NCBI RefSeq assembly: GCF_000143415.4
Contig: NW_003314363.1
Location: forward strand, 1 to 64,000
Source: Selaginella moellendorffii
Lineage: Eukaryota > Plantae > Lycopodiophyta
DNA: 64,000 bases
Direction of reading: 5' to 3'
Shown: in pieces, positions 63,481 to 64,000 of the stretch
How the letters are laid out: each line of letters starts with the position of its first letter
Numbering within the stretch: position 1 is the first letter of the stretch
Position numbers and translations under genes: made by a program
The notes under the pieces: model-generated
Database searches by the model: none
What the model was told of the DNA's origin: nothing
What the model saw: only the letters and a program-made list of their open reading frames with translations

Positions 63481-64000
63481 ATGGTGCCAGCCTCGACCGG
63501 GAGCGCCATGCGGGTCGCCGTGGCTCAAATGACTTCCACCTCCAGCATCGATCTCAACTTCGCCACTTGCCAGCGCCTGGCCAGAGTAAGAAGAAGAGTC
63601 TCAAGCTCTCCATCGGCTTGCATTGCGTTGGATTGTGAGTGGGCAGGAGGCTGCTGACGCCGGAGTGAAACTGCTGAGCTTGCCCGAATGCTTCTCCTTC
63701 ATTGGTCGCCGAGGCGACGAGGCACTGGCGATTGCGGAGCCTCTCGACGGGCCGATTTTCCGGAGGTATCAAGCCCTGGCGAGGTAGGAAAGGATGGCCT
63801 TCTTCTCCTCGTCGCCTCTAAGCTAGCTGCGTCTCTTGGTAGAGATTTGGGCTTGTGGCTCTCTCTGGGCGGATTCCAAGAGAAGGGGCCGGACGAGGAC
63901 CACGCGTATAACACTCACGTCCTGCTCGACGACCTTGGCTCAGTGCGCTCGTGCTACAGGAAGATCCACCTGTAAGTAGAAAACGTAGAAGTTCTCGTCA
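63481..64000 (+). CDS. NLP2: Nitrilase-like protein 2 / deaminated glutathione amidase (5' part, runs off window)
   Basis: MRVAVAQMTSTSSIDLNF; LSLPECFSFIG; WLSLGGFQEKGPD..YNTHVLLDD.G.VRSCYRKIHL. Confidence 0.9.

Overview
This is eukaryotic land-plant nuclear DNA, very compact and gene-dense, with many ~50-90 nt introns. The gene content (ALDH21 fragment, PPP4R4-like gene, plant MYB/CesA/PCO genes) and intron size fit a lycophyte such as Selaginella, which is an inference. The window has three zones. (1) Bases 1-5007 are a very AT-rich repeat block with a ~0.75 kb inverted repeat, a captured intron-containing ALDH21 fragment and a Helitron-like 3' end. (2) Bases ~5.6-11.5 kb hold decayed genes: an FGAM synthase (PUR4) fragment and an unidentified degenerate gene. 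(3) Bases ~12-64 kb hold about 25 tightly packed genes: PPP4R4-like, F-box, FLK-like KH, LEA/TMEM205, R2R3-MYB, CesA-like, an orphan coiled-coil gene, SERRATE, GID8-like, PCO, CDC48, BTB, VIP5/RTF1, LRR-EDR1 kinase, a 3x LEA_2 gene, MenB, a conserved unknown, ceramide synthase, DEG9-like, eIF4B-like, AFR/SAP30-like, maMYB, PME, F-box/LRR and nitrilase NLP2. The strongest oddities are an apparently intact CesA that has lost nearly all catalytic motifs and its zinc finger, the gene-capturing repeat block, a three-domain LEA_2 protein, and several intergenic gaps of ~50 bp or less. All calls come from manual translation and motif recognition; no searches were run, and multi-exon spans are approximate.
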